DNA of 64,000 bases, from the NCBI GenBank assembly GCA_964016885.1, contig OZ024745.1, positions 33,914,001 to 33,978,000 of the forward strand, read 5' to 3'. The translations under genes were made by a program, and so were the position numbers. The notes under the pieces are model-generated. The model was given only the letters and a program-made list of their open reading frames with translations. It did no database searches and had not been told where the DNA came from. Below, one piece after another: positions 11,047 to 25,950 of the stretch (positions within the stretch are counted from its first letter, which is position 1; the number at the start of each line of letters is the position of its first letter). Origin of the DNA: Eledone cirrhosa (lineage: Eukaryota).

Positions 11047-12088
11047 TATATAAAATAGAGGCCGGTTGTCAAGAGATAAATAAAGAACATAGACTGGAAT
11101 AATACCCAGGCAATAAGGTTACAGTATGTTTTGCTGAACTGATGGCAAGGAAGGGAAGGAAAGAAGCCGATCATCTGACTGGACAAAGGAAACGATGTTT
11201 CCGTTGTTTTTTTCATTGCTGATACTGTCGGCCACAACTTATTGCAGAAGTAGGCAGAATTTGAACACAGCGCCAAATCAGATGCTGCGAAGATTCCGAT
11301 CGACAATTTAAGAATTCAGTCAATCCACTGTCAACCCTGATCTGGTACTTTATACACTGAGCCACAAAGAATGAAAGGCAAAGTTGACATCAGTAAGATT
11401 TCAACCCAGAGCACAGTGAGCCAAAACAAATACCGTGACATTTAATCGAGGATTTAACAACCCTGCCAATACGCCGTCTGAAGATGTGGGATGGATATTC
11501 AAAGCATAAAACCAGCAGAATTACCAATACTACTGGTGTGTAAATAGCATATTTATAATAATAACAATAATAATTATTGCTACTATAGGCACAAGAGCAG
11601 TAATTTGGGGGAAGGGGAAAGTCGATTAAATCGTCCCCAGTGCATTACTGGTGCTTTATTTTATGGACCTCGTAAGGATGAAAGGCAAAGCTATCCTCAG
11701 CCGAATTTGAACTCAGAACGTAAAGGGCCATAACTATGCTGCAAATCTCTATCGATACTATTAATCCATCGCCCAATCAACAATAATAATAAGAGGAATA
11801 ACAAGAATTGCTTCTAATTTAGCCAAAGTTTTTTAAGAGGAGATAGTAAAATAAATCGACCCCAGTTTATGATTGGTATTATACTTTATCGATGTGGGAA
11901 GGATGATAGGACAAAATTGATATCGGTGGGATTTAAACACAGAATTTCAAGGGCCATTTCTAAATACCGCAAGGCATTTTATCGAGCGTTAATGATGTAC
12001 TCAAAAGTAATAAGCATAATATATGCATATATATACATATAATAAGGGCTAGGAAGGAAGTATCAAAATATCATCATTGTGTTTAATC

Positions 12089-12179
12089 ACGCGTGACGCG
12101 CGTTTCGCGATCGATAAACGTAAGATACAATCAGCATCGATCGTGACCGACTCTGGAATCGATAGCTCATCAGACTCGT
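12089..12179 (-). ncRNA. Type I hammerhead ribozyme motif with canonical core
   Basis: Minus strand ACGAGT-CTGATGA-GCtATCGAT...ATCGATcGC-GAAAC-GCGC-GTC-ACGCGT: complete core, GUC site, palindromic stem III, stem I 5/6 paired. Confidence 0.85.
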
Positions 12180-15100
12180 TGTAAATTCAGTTGAAGTGTC
12201 ATATTGTTTGTTGGTTTTGATTGATTGGTTGGTTGGGGGAAGAATAAAATAGAGAAAAGGAATAAAAGAGAAAAAGAAGAAAAAGCGAGTATAAAGGAGC
12301 AAATATAACGGTGAAAAGAATAAGAAGGAATCAAGAGATTACATGATAAAAATCAAACCCCTAACCCTAACTTAAATTTACACCCCAATAAACATTATAA
12401 TATATATAAAATCACTCGCAACCTTCATAAAAACACAAACGAAACATGGTGATTGAATTTGAGGTAAATATATGGTCGGAGCAATTCTCACTATTGATTT
12501 GCAAGGAAAGGGGGAGATATTTATGGCACTTGTATTAATAGAATACGAATGTAGTTCAAACAAGGAAAGGTAGGAAGTTAAAGTGTAAATCACTGTATCA
12601 TTAGCATCGTCCTTCACACAGCCTCCTATAATAGATACAACTCGTCAAACAAATCTGATTGTACACTATGTATTGGCAGCTTCATCCATTATCTTTTCCG
12701 AGAAGGGGGCATTGACCTGAGCCATCGTAACAGACTGCACAACTCGACCATAATATCCCTCACATACATTTATCTATCTTTCACCATGGATGCACTATCA
12801 ACAAATTCCCTTTGAAATCATATAGACATGGGTTCAACTCTAGTATAGCCCCTTCATTCATAGCTCCGAGTTGTGAGTAAAATTAGGTTTGCAGAAACTT
12901 CGTGAAAATCGTCGGATATCATTCCCCAGATATTTATCTTATCTCCACCATAGCTGTAATATTAAGACGTTTGCTCTGATATCACATGAAGTTGGCTTCG
13001 ACTCTGGTCTACGACACCAATTATCATAGCCGCTGAGTTATTCAAAGCTTTGTGAAGAGAATTAGGTAGACAGAAACTCAGGAATCTCGTGCTAAAGTTT
13101 ATTAGTTCTAATTTGCAAAGTGTGTTTCTAAACAAAAAAAACTCGATCTTTCCACAAAAATACAAGCAAAATGACATTACGATTCGGTAAGATATTTTTT
13201 AAAAGGGAGTTTATTTAAGAAAACTTTACCTGGCTCCTTGTAAGCCGCTTTTAAAACTGCCCCTAGAATAGCAAGATCTCGCTAAAATCTGCTCTTCATA
13301 CACTAATCTCTAAATGATTCAGAGAAAACGGCCTCCATAAACATTGCCTTCATATAAATATAACTTCATTTAAATATAGTGTTCACATATATATCACTTT
13401 CATATGAATATAATAGACTTCATATAATATAACTACTATATAGACTTAGTCATTAAATAAATATACCATTCGTGTGAACATGGTAACATATAGCTTTATA
13501 GTCACATTGCTCTATATAAACATAACTTCCTTATGAAACTAACCTTTCATATGGCTATAACCACCATATCAAGCATGTTTACGTACTTTTTATCTGCCTG
13601 AAGTTATGCATTTATAGAATACGTAGCACACAATGTATGCAAACCTGACTTGTCCAATGATAATGGACATTTTGTGCCTTTACTCCAGATGTATACAGCC
13701 GGCTTCTCTCAAGTATCCATCGACCAGAAAATCTCGAGATTATCGCATTCAGAAAGAGATTTTGTTTAAGCCAACGCAATCGACACATATAGCATTAAAT
13801 AAATGTGTGCAGATACTTCAAATTTCAATAACGATGAAATGTTTATTCTTGTCTGAATTCATCATTCAATAGAATTGCAAGCGTTAAATTAGAACTCATT
13901 GCTTCACTAATTCAGTTAATATAAATAATGTTATTATTTCACCCCGCACATTTGATCCAACGTATTCTATCGAATCTTAGACATAATAAATTTGTCAATT
14001 TATTGAATTACAAGTTTCAAATAACTTTTGGGAAATAATTCTGGTTTTTAGTAAAATGCGTTGATATTTGTGTAAACTGAAAATACAGCGTCATTTGGTT
14101 GTGAGATAGGGAATCTAATCAGACAAAAGTACAGGTGTACACCGTGACTGACAACAATAAAACCCACCATAAACAAACATTTCTGATGGTATATATGTCT
14201 TAACATAAACAATAACAAATATTTTAGTAGAGAATTACAGAACGAAGTAATTGAATAAAAAGTAATAATACATGTTTGTTCTCTCTTCCACGAATACATA
14301 ATAGAAATGAGATAAAAAAAAAGCCAACAACCCAAGTTTTAAAAGTCAATAAACTTCTCAGTATTAAATGTATATTTCGGATTCTACATCAGTGGAATTA
14401 TATAAGCCAATTGTCTATATTTTACTCTGAACATTTTATAAAGCACTTACACAACAAAAGACGGGAACTTCATAAAAGACCGTAACGAAGTAATATATTA
14501 TGATACCTGAGGTAAATAGATTATATTACACCAGAGATTTATTGATGTCGAAATTCAAGCGCTGAATCGATTACAAAAGCATAGCTAAATAATATTCACA
14601 ATTACATAAAAATGATTAAAACGCGAGACATATCACTTTACTATAGCACACAGAAGCAGAGAAATGCCATAATTAACATTTCCAAATTCATTAATCCCTA
14701 TTAATAAGTGTCTGACATTCAATCAATAGGCAGTTCTCAGAAACACTCTCACCTTTATAAGCTGTCACATTATTACACGTAGTATTTCTATTTTTGGGGA
14801 ATATTGATGTATCTGAACGATGTGAGTTGATGTGTGCATATTTCTAGGCGCATGTGTGGATATACTTGCGTTTATATGAGGAATGTATTTGTTTCTTTAG
14901 TTAACGTATGCATATATGTTTGTATGCGTATGTGTTTGTGTATATGTGTATATGTCGTATCTACAAATCTAGTTGTTTGCATATATTCCTTTCAGGAAAC
15001 TCAAATGGAGAATATCAGAAATGTTTTACAAATCTTCACTGCACCATTAATCGATTGGATTGAAGGTGCGAATCAGGCGCGCTTTTTTTCTTTCTTGGGA

Positions 15101-15859
15101 AACCCCAGCATTTCCAGGCTTTTATGTTGTTGGTATATAGCCTAGTGCATATAGGATAATACGTACAAATGTAAATCCATACCCCGGATACAAGCGCTGT
15201 AAATTTTACATTAGTTCGCCATAGATGTTCGCTTTTTTCACAAGCTTCGACGAGACATCTTCAAGTAATTGTACAACAATGCATGACGTTTGTTGTTCAT
15301 ATTATACAATAAAATCAAGATGTGTTAATTATGCACCAGCTTGCTGTTTTTCCTGGGTCAGTACAAGTGTTCGTTATTTTAAAAGGTAGAGATGCATTGT
15401 GGTCATATGACCGCCAGGACCATCCCTCCATTACATATAATTTAAGTAGTTTCAATGCCACGTCTCATATAAAAGTAGTAGCTTACAGACATTTTAAAGT
15501 AGATGCTGATGATGTGGGTTATATACCCTTCACTGCTCTAACTCGAGGTAGAGGTTTTGATCTATTGTGCCTACATTTTACAGAGGTTTTAACAGGATCA
15601 TTCCACTTCTTGTTTTTCATATTATGAGTGAGTATACTCTACATAATATGGCGAATAGAATGATTTGCGGTATTCGTTCCGGCAATATGCTCTGTGTTCA
15701 AATCTCACCCAAGTCAACTTTGCCTTTCATCCTTTAACGGTGCAGGAATAGGGTCAATTCATCTTCTATATCTATTTGTCACTTCCTCTTTCCAACTTTC
15801 TATTCTGCTCCTGGAGAAATCTGATGTATTCTCCTGGAGAGGAGATAGGCTCCGCCAGA

Positions 15860-16370
15860 CATCATCTTTTTTATGAATTACATTGTATAATATTTTGGCT
15901 ACAACATCACGACTCATAGGTCGATAATACTGCAATGACATTTTCCGACAGCTTCTAATGATATGGATCACCTTATTGGTATCAAATCCACAGAGTCTGT
16001 GTCGGCTGTCAAATCTAGGTGTTTTACCTGCATCTCTATTCCATTTGTGCATCAAGTATTTCCGTTGTTGTTTCCTATTCCTAAATTGTAAAATCATACC
16101 TTCCAACGTGAGAGCTAATATACCAATGGTTGACCAAAATTAGAGCAATACTGGTTATCTATGTTACGGACAGAGTGAAGTTTTCTGACATCTCGTCTGA
16201 TGTTATGCCACGGTTGACCTGTGCAACCTCCCATGTTGTGTATCCCTGCCCCTAAATCAAGGAGTACTTCATAAGAGGCTCCTATTGAATTTTTCTGTTG
16301 CAGCTTTCTTCATGATCCATGGATACACTGCTACTCATGATGGTCTTTGGATTGATGTTGAGCCTGTACA
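15860..16370 (-). pseudogene. Degenerate R4/Dong-like LINE fragment (CCHC region)
   Basis: ORF 15759-16106 contains HRLCG..VIHIIRSCRKMSLQYY..RDVVAK, alignable to CRVC..DHIISMC..YLNRYD of the element at 32-34 kb. Boundaries approximate. Confidence 0.65.
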
Positions 16371-17198
16371 GCAGGAATAATTACGCAAACACAAGCACAT
16401 ATACATACGTACACATACACCCAAATACACCCAAATATACACACACATACGCTTGAGTTTCAGACCTCAGAAAGAGAGAGAGAGAGAAGGAGCATGTGTG
16501 AATGAGAGAGATTGAACAATCCTATCGCTCAAAAGAGCTCCTACCGTTACCAACCCGTTTATTTGTGTATTTATTATTCATTTTAAGGCTGTAGACGGTG
16601 CTTCGAAGAAGAGTTGACTGCTATTTCTAACAGTTCAATCGACCTCGGAGAGCCTCCCTCATTGGCTCAACATGTAAGCCAGTGTGTTGTGTTTATATAC
16701 AATATATATGAGTGTATTTGTATATGTGTATGTGCGTATGCGTGTATGTGTGTGGGTATGTGAGCTAAGATCAACATGATGGACCAACTTTTTATTTCGA
16801 AGTCGAACTTTCAGTTTGATCAACTGAATAGCCGACTCTTGAATTAACTTGCAAGTGGTTGAGTATTCCATAGACACAGGTACCCATAGCGTAATTCTCT
16901 AGCAGAATCAGCACACAAAAAAACGACAAGCCTGTATTTTTGAATTATAGGGTACAATCTCTCCACCTGGTTTCAAGACAATGGGCGTTCACCCAATTTG
17001 GTTAAAACACAAGTCTATGATAGAGACACTTGTTCAAAATGCCACGCAGTGTGATCGAACTAACGACCTCATAATTGCAAAGAGAACTTAATTCGAGAAT
17101 ATTAAAATAGCCACCAGGTCAATATAGATACTGTATTGTTTAATATGTGTAGGTGTTGGAGGTATTGAATAGAAATATGATCGGTGAATGTCCGGAAT

Positions 17199-17460
17199 AC
17201 ACCACAACCACCACCACCACCACCATCACTAACACAACACAACCATCACCATCGCGAGCACCACCAACATCACCACCACCATTATTACCACCGCTAGCCA
17301 TCATCATCACCACCACCATCATCACCATCACCACCACCATCACTGCCACTACCACCAACACCATTTCCAACACCACTACCACCACACCCACCAACATCAC
17401 CAACACCCCATCAACGCCACCAATATTACATCACCACCAGCAATAACAACAACAATAACG
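17199..17460. repeat. (CAC/CAT/CAA)n low-complexity tract
   Basis: Direct inspection. Confidence 0.85.
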
Positions 17461-17702
17461 GAGTTAATAACACCAACAAGAACAAAATATATATTTAAGT
17501 ACAGAATTCGTTCACCTTCAGTCAAAGCAAGGTGAAGTCCCAGACTATATTAGTGGTGGGGTGGGGGGGTGGGGAGACAAGTGATGTCAAACATGTCTAC
17601 TGAAAAACCAGCTTCAAAACCTGTCTAACTAGTGTCGACACGCACACATACATATAAATACATACACAGACATACACACACACACACATACATATATATG
17701 CT

Positions 17703-17744
<42 letters not shown>

Positions 17745-17811
17745 AATATATAGATATATATGGTCACACACATACATATATATATATATATACATATTTA
17801 TATATGCTCAC

Positions 17812-17842
<31 letters not shown>

Positions 17843-18333
17843 CAAACACACACATATATATATATATATATATACGTACATGCACACACATATATACACA
17901 TATATTTATATATAATTTATGTGTATATATATATTTATGTGTATATATGCACGCGTGCTTGTTTGGGGTCGTATTTATATTTAGTGAAACTAAGTATTTA
18001 TATCGATCTCCGGTGGTTATTAAGTGAAAGGTGAAATGCATATAATTGACGTTGCTCTTCTCCACGCTAAGGCCCATAAAATAAGTACCAGTAATATAAC
18101 AGATAAGTGTTGACTGAATCAGTCTCAAACTGGGAAATTAGGAAACCGTGTGAAATATAAAATATTGATGTATGTTTTCCTTTGACACAAGACTACATAT
18201 TTCAGAGGAGGTGTGTAATCGATTTACTAAATCCTAGTAAGTATCTTCACAAGGAGGAAATAAGAAGTAATCTATGATGGGAATTAAATATAAAATATTA
18301 ACTAAATATCGAAAGCTATTTCATAGTACACAA

Positions 18334-18396
<63 letters not shown>

Positions 18397-18400
<4 letters not shown>

Positions 18401-18588
18401 TAAGAGGAATTCCAACTTTGTCTGTCACCACACATTATGAACCTGAAGATTGCGAAAGCATGAAAGTACTTGTTCAATTAACACTTAACATTTAATATTC
18501 TACCATACTATTTCATTCTAATACCATTATAAATTTTAAAGGATTGTAAATAAAACGAGTAAATCAGACAAAGTTGGAATTCCTTTTA

Positions 18589-18592
<4 letters not shown>
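18397..18592 (+). mobile_element. 196-bp element with ~28-bp terminal inverted repeats in (TA)n
   Basis: ttaataagaggaattccaactttgtctg ... cagacaaagttggaattccttttattaa; contains the hammerhead at 18438-18476. Confidence 0.8.
18438..18476 (+). ncRNA. Minimal type I hammerhead ribozyme motif
   Basis: TGAAC-CTGAAGA-tTGC gaaa GCAt-GAAA-GTAC-TT-GTTCA: 5-bp stem I, GNRA-capped stem II, palindromic stem III, CUU site. Confidence 0.85.
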
Positions 18593-18637
<45 letters not shown>

Positions 18638-21600
18638 TTAGAGAAGGTTATTAAGAGAGAGAGAGAGAGAGAGAGATTAAGATCGAGCATATAGTGACAG
18701 CAATAGGGATAAAGACATATATCCAGGCACACCTGTATGCACGCATGTGTAGATTTTAAAATTTATCGACTTGTCAACGTTAAGCTTGGTTGTCTGTGAG
18801 AGTGTGGGTTATTAAGATGTTTTTCCATCCTCATTTATTTCACTGACGACAGAAAATCGAAATGAAATCTTGCTCGGCTTTCTGGAATTAAATCAGTTTT
18901 ACTAACCTATCAAGATAGATACTTTAGCACTCGATGTGTCAGAAGTATCAAAAGACACATCAAACATGAATCATCACTATAGCCACTTGATCTCCATACA
19001 GTAGTACGTTGATAGCTATGATAGAGTGTACTACACTAAATACCTGATTTATATATTAACGTTTGGCCCGTTTAGATAATGTGTTGCTCAACCTTCCTCC
19101 GGGAACCAATGAACTAACTATTAGGTGTTTTTATAGATCCGTAACTCGCGAGGGAGTCGTAGGGGCGGCTTATTCACATGCAGCGTTTCTTGCGCATTTT
19201 AAAATCTGGTAGAGTCCATTTCTACTCCAGGTCTGAATATAGCAGATTTCTTCCAGAGAAGGATAGAGAAGAAGAGAAAGGAAATGAGATAGATATAGAG
19301 GAAGAATCGAACCCCGCAATAACTAATTTTTTATCGACCTTAAATAGATGAAAGGCGAAGATGACCTCGGTGGGATTTGAACTCAGAGTGCAGAGAGTCG
19401 AAACGAATACTGCAAAGCATTCTATCCCACTTTCTATTTCACTTTGATCATGTCAAAGCGACCTCAGCAACTGTGACTATAATGTATCTAGAACTACATT
19501 ATCCAATATGTTTGTCCTGTTTTTAGAATGCAGTTCTGTGGGATTTTGTGATTTCATTGCTATTTTTATCATGTTGAGAAACAGCGGAAATATTCTATAA
19601 TACACTCGTGATTTTATTATTGTTCAGTCCCAAGTCATCTCTGATCTAGCATGCCAGCCATGATCATCTCATGTTTTTTAGGGTATATATGACTATATTA
19701 CCTCATACACCGCTCCGATTTATTGATATGCTTGAATGTGATTGGAAAGACATTTGACTGCTATTTCTAGCAGATCGACAGACAGCTTAGAGACTCGCTC
19801 ATCATCCACCGGGAAGAAATGAACGGAAAACTAAACCTTGGAAGGATTTCAAATCGTTAGTAAACAGCGTATGACATTTAATAATTCTGCACTGTTGCTA
19901 TTTATCCTACAGCATTTACCGACAATCTAATAAAAAGTTGTATTTATGTAGGAAATGATGCATGTGTCTTCCAATGTAAATATTACATATTTACCAAATT
20001 TGTTGGAACTGACGCTTTGCATTATTCCTTCTAGATCTTTACACTGCGTTCAAATCCTATCGAGGTTAAATTTGCCTTTCATCCTTCCAACGTCGATAAA
20101 CATAAAATACCTATCAACTTCTAGGTCTATATAATCTACCGCCCCACCCCCGAAAAAATTGCTGGTCTTGTGTCTAAATCAGAAACTCAATAGTTAAACA
20201 AATTCGAGTCTTGTTTGTACTTATATGGGTAAGAGTTGGGGAAACCTAGGTGCTGTAAGCAGAGGCTGGTGGATTGGCAGTGTCGTTAGAGAATTCGACA
20301 AATGATTAAAAATATTTGTTCCGACTCTTTAGGATATGAGTTGCTAGCACATCTCATGTTTTCTATAAGACGTGTTTGAAAGACAAGCTGTTCTATATTC
20401 ACACACACACACACACGCACTCACACTCACACACAGACACACACACACACACACGCACTCACACTCACACACACACACGCACTCACACTCACACACAGAC
20501 AAAACTATATTTGTCGAAAACCTTGTTTTCATAAAGATTTGAATTGATGATATTGTAATATTTTTTACGTATATTATCAAGGGGCTCAATATGGCCATTC
20601 ATACGTACTTTATTTTAGTTTTGTGATACAATAGAGTATCAGCTTGTAGATGAACGACAAAATACATTTTAAAGTAATCATTGCCAATAAATTTATATTT
20701 TTTAATTTGTAGAGAAAGTGTTATTCCATTATTAGATGTTTGAAGGGCAGAAGTCATATCTTACACACACACGCACACACACACACGCACACACATACAT
20801 ACTTCATTTTACAATTGTCAAAATTTGTTTTCGAATTATTTTCCATTTTTTTCGTTTAAGTTTTCTTTTACTTCGTTTCCTTCATATTTTTTTTCTTTCA
20901 TTTCACATCATTTTATTGTTAAAAAATTTAGCAATGACAACCACAATTACTACAATAGATTGTTGGAGAGATTGATTTGCGGCAACTAGTTATAACTCTC
21001 AACGTTCTGATTTCAAATTCCGATGAGATCAACTTTGCCTTCTTTCTGGGGGCGATAAATAAAGCACCCCTCAAGATTAGGCTTGACAAAAATCGTCTTT
21101 CCCATCTACATAAATTACTGGCCTTGCGCCTAAATTAGAAACCTTTATTAGAAGCCTGTTTCTGTCTCTGGTAAGAATAACATAAAAAAATATCAGCAGG
21201 ATATAGCAATAAAATAAGCACTAACACCACATAGATAATTTGGTAAATAAACTAAAGAACTTAAGATGATTGAATCGTAGAAATGGTTGTAAAAAAAAAA
21301 AAAGATTTGAATGAAAAGAAAAACAAACGGACAAGACAATAAAATGCTGGTAGTTGGTGATGATTAAATATTCAGAACAAATTCTGTATTGAGAGATATT
21401 TATCATTTAAGATAAATGCTTTTCAATACGAAATTTCTTGCTTCTATTACAAATCTTCACAGCTGGTAAAAAGTTCAATAAGATTATTCTTTAACTTTAA
21501 TTCGATTCTTATGTATATACTACAATACGTATTATTGCTTAAGTTCTGATAAATTATCTATTTGTGAGTAACATGAATAAAATGAATAATTATATAACTA

Positions 21601-21786
21601 AATGAAATAGATAATTAAAAAGTCTACAAGAAATAATTAAATTAACTGATTAAAATATGAAGAGAAACTGGTTGTATTTTTGTTTTAATTATTGTTAACT
21701 ATTTTACTAAACAGAGTTTGTGTGCGAGAGAGAGAGAGAATCGGTCTCAGTACTGGGCTGGTACTTTCTTTATTGACCCAAAAATA

Positions 21787-21988
21787 ATTGGCTCAAGGCC
21801 AGCAATTTTTTTTGGGGGGGGGAGTCGATTAAATCGAACCCAGTGCGTGACTGGTACTTTATTTTATCGACTCCGTAAGGATGAAAGGCAAAGTTAACCT
21901 CGGAGGGATTTGAACTCAGATCATAAAGGGCCGTAACTCTATGCTCTATGCTGCAAAGCATGGCGTCCAGCCCTCTACCGATACTGCC
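21787..21988 (-). mobile_element. Near full-length SINE family 1 copy
   Basis: Reverse complement of the 10470-10655 pattern, including ggatgaaaggcaaagttaacctcgg and gatttgaactcag. Confidence 0.85.
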
Positions 21989-24900
21989 CTCATTGACCCA
22001 AAAATAATGAAAGGCAAAGTTGACCTCGACAGGATTTGAACTTACAGTGTAGAGGATCTAGACAAATACTCTGCCAATTGGCCGACTTTCAACATAGATA
22101 TGGTTGAGATTGAATTATGTCCCTCACATCCCTCCTCACAAAACATCTTAATTTGTTATTTCCAAATTTCACGTAGGCAGTAGGGGTTCATTCCTGGTAG
22201 GGCGCATGTTGTGGAGGGTTAGTTTACTAGTTTAACAGGTACAACATTTGCTAGACGTTGTGTGTAAAGTCACTTAGTTAATTAGTAAGACTATAGTCCT
22301 CTCGGATTATACGAAACCAGAACGAAACTTTGTGCCCCAATTTACATAAATGCAGTTCATTGGGCGTGGTAAAAGGGATGGTGGAAATAAATTGGCGACA
22401 TGAATGCGCAAGTCTTGCTTCTATTAACTGTTATTGATGGAAATTATTGCTGGGACACATCTAAATTTATATTCAGCCATGTCAAGCATGCTGCATTTGC
22501 ATTTATGAGAAACGCTGATGGGAATATTTCATCAATATTCGCTTAGTCGAAATGTATTGTTCTCATGTCTGGAATGGGTTTAATATTTATTCGAAATTAA
22601 TCCTTCCTACAGATTAGACTCTATGCTTTATCAACAAATTTATGCTGCATAAGAGCATCATAACTTGATGAGATCATGTGGGTAGCAGCTAATGGCATGT
22701 GTAAAGAATTCCTTAGATACAGTATATTATCGACCTCTTCAGTCGTATCTTGGAGAATTAAGGACTTCATTATCTCGTATATTCAGCAGCACTGACTGCT
22801 ATATTGAAAGTCTGATATCATATTGTTTGGTAATAATCTTTCTTCACAATCAATACATTCAATATAAGTTCAATACTTTGGGACTAGTAGTACTCATTGT
22901 GTAGAAATATGATGATAGTGAGAAAATTCATTGGAATTGTTTTCATTTGGAAAGCAATTTTCCCACAAATAAGTATGACTATTTCTTTAGGCCAAATTCC
23001 ATCACTGTAGTAGTTGAAGAACATTGTTAAATACAGTTGTTCCTCATCTGTTCCTCATCTCATATTTCTAGAGCAGATCTCCAGATTCTATAGGTGTATA
23101 TTGCTGTTGTAGTCCCTAGAGTATAACCACTTAATTTTTGTTAAAGAAAAATTAACAAAGAGGCTTGGTGCAAAACTAAATGATTTAGACAATATGTCTC
23201 CTTGCTATATTCCTTTATAACGTCAGATACAGCCATTATGTTTTCAGTACAAGAGTGAGGTAGCTTGATCATATATTTCCAATGCTTTCAATTGAAGCAA
23301 CAAAGGCATCATGTGCTTTTGTTAAATTCGCTGAATTGGGACTAGTAGCAACCAGAAATGAAGGACAGAGTAAAACGTATTTATCTAATCTCAGACCATT
23401 ACAAAATGTCTGTAGTTTTGTTAACTTCAGATTGCACACGTTTATTAATGCGATCTTATAGGGCATACCCTCACATTCTCTTCTGTTTAAGGGGTGTTTC
23501 GGTTTTGGTTACAATACTTCTCCGTATCAGTCTCGTATGTTCTCCGTACCAGTTTCGTCAATGACGTCAATGCTATATGAATGATAAGCCTCTCAATTAT
23601 ATATTAATTTCTCAATATGTCAGTGGTATATCAATGATATGTCAATGCTATATCAACGATATGTTAATATATCATTGTGTCAATGGTATATCAATGATAT
23701 GAATATCAATAAAACATTGTATAGGTTTGTGTAGAACGTCAACAAACTTTCCTAGTATTCAACAACTAAGCCGTTTCGTTGTATTTTTCTATTATGCGGA
23801 TTTCCCACAGCATTTCTGATTTTATGGTATATATTTTACTGTAGAAATTGATACAGTATTTCTACTTGATTATATTCAACGTTGAAATGACTCTGTTCAT
23901 TCCATATTTTAGATCATTTATATTTAAGATCATCTTGTGAAAGAGTGATTTCTTTCTACATAAATATTTTCTATTTCCCAGTATAGAGCTTATGGGCCAG
24001 AGGAAATGCCAGAACGTTGCTGTAGTTTATACAGTGGTCCTTGGTAACGAAGTTTCGCACTCAGCATATTTAGTTCATGTTCTAATATTAAGAATTTAGA
24101 GTGGGGAATCATCTCACATATTAGTCTATATTATAATTGTTCCTTTAGGATGTAGTTAGTATGTGTTGTTAAAGAGTCGGACGGGATGATTTATGCTCTC
24201 TACTCCGTTTCTGTGCATTCTAAATGTATTTTGAGTTCAAATACAGCTTTATCTATCAGTAACCGAATAACCAATGAAATCATTGTTAATTTCGTTCATT
24301 CTGACGATCTGCCTTTTTCCTATTTTCTAAAAATGGTAATACCAAATGAAAGAATTGGAATAATTACATCTTTGTCAACTCATATATTTGAAATGAAATA
24401 TTATATAAAATTTACAGATCGCACCTATGTAGGTTTAACTGGCTTCTTTTGAAGATGTATCTCACAGGACGTTTCTTGGGTATTTTAATCACATCAAGAA
24501 ATGTAATGTAAAATGAAGCGTTTTGCTGCAAAACACAACTCGCCGGCCGGTCCAAGAATCAAACGAACTATCTCATGATCGTGAGTTCAATACCATAACC
24601 ATTAGGTCACGTGTCTTGATTTCTCATACATACAATAGTATTTTAGAAGTTAGTGTCGCTATCAGTGTCACACATGACATTTCTCATGGAGGGAAGTATG
24701 CTATATAATCAAGTTACGATAGATTTAAAATGCCGAGTAGGAGATTTTATATATCAAACAGAAAATCTATTTATGGATCTAGGATGAATGAGGGCAGTAT
24801 AAGCACGGAAGAAAATAGTAAAGTGGAGTATTTTTAACAGATTTTTATGCTTGACGGTAACATGTCTATATGTTTATATGTATGTGTGTATATTCACTTT

Positions 24901-25910
24901 CTTTTAATGGATGTATTAATAACGACTTTGGAATTCGATCGTCTGATTTTGTGTTTATAGTTGGCGTTATGTTTTGAGTATTTTATTTACGTGTTGGGAC
25001 ATTCGGTGATTACTTAGCGTCTTTTCTAGATACATCCACTTTCATATTTAAGCATTTGACAGTCCCGTTTACTCATGTATATAGGTACATACATACTTGC
25101 ATTCAGTCATCCGACCATCCATGCACCTATCCATTCATCCATCCATCCTTCCATACATACATTTGGTATGCATTATACATACATGTGTACATGCATATAT
25201 GCATGCATACATACATATGTAAAAATGCATGTATGCATACGTACATGCATGTATGAATCCATCCATATTTTTATACATATATGCATACAAATATTTATGT
25301 ATGTATATATATATATGCATTTTTGTTTGTATGTATGTGTGCGTATGAACGTATGCGTGTCTGTGAATGTATGAGAATATGCGCGGGTGTATACGAGTGT
25401 AGTATTTGCGCGTGTGTGTGTGTATGCGTGTATGTATGTGTATATATATAGTTTGGAGGTTTCTATTAATATATCGGTGATTGTTTATTAAAATTTCACA
25501 TTATTAGCAGTTTCACATATGATAAAACAATTTTTACATCATAAAATATGCAGTGAAAATCTCAATACTGTTAGAGAAATTTAACGTGGAATAAATTAAT
25601 GAACCTTAAAAACATTAAAATTAAAAGCAACTAAATAAAATACTAAACAATTTATTTAAATATTTTTTGTTTTATTTTCAGTTTAAGAAGGACAAATCGA
25701 TAATATTCGATTGATGACATTTGGTAATTTTGCAAATTATCGTACTTTTCTTTTTGTATTGCATCTCATCCAAATATTAGGTCAGATCTATCTGATTGTT
25801 ATACTTATCACCATCGTCCTCCTCCTCATGATTATGATGATGATGATGATCATCAATAAATTAAAAGTTCAGAAAAACTTTCCAGAGCCGATGTGGTTTT
25901 TACCTCACAG

Positions 25911-25950
<40 letters not shown>

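Noticed and set aside
12355-12371. Telomere-like ccctaaccctaa
   Set aside because: Only two units; expected by chance.
14995-15064. Possible host exon (tttcag..ETQMENIRNVLQIFTAPLIDWIE..gtgcg)
   Set aside because: Plausible splice signals but no recognisable protein or partner exon; similar weak candidates at ~716 and ~25682. Needs RNA-seq.
23565-23710. Degenerate ~22-bp tandem repeat (tcaatgctatatcaatgatatg)
   Set aside because: Ordinary decayed minisatellite with no further structure seen.
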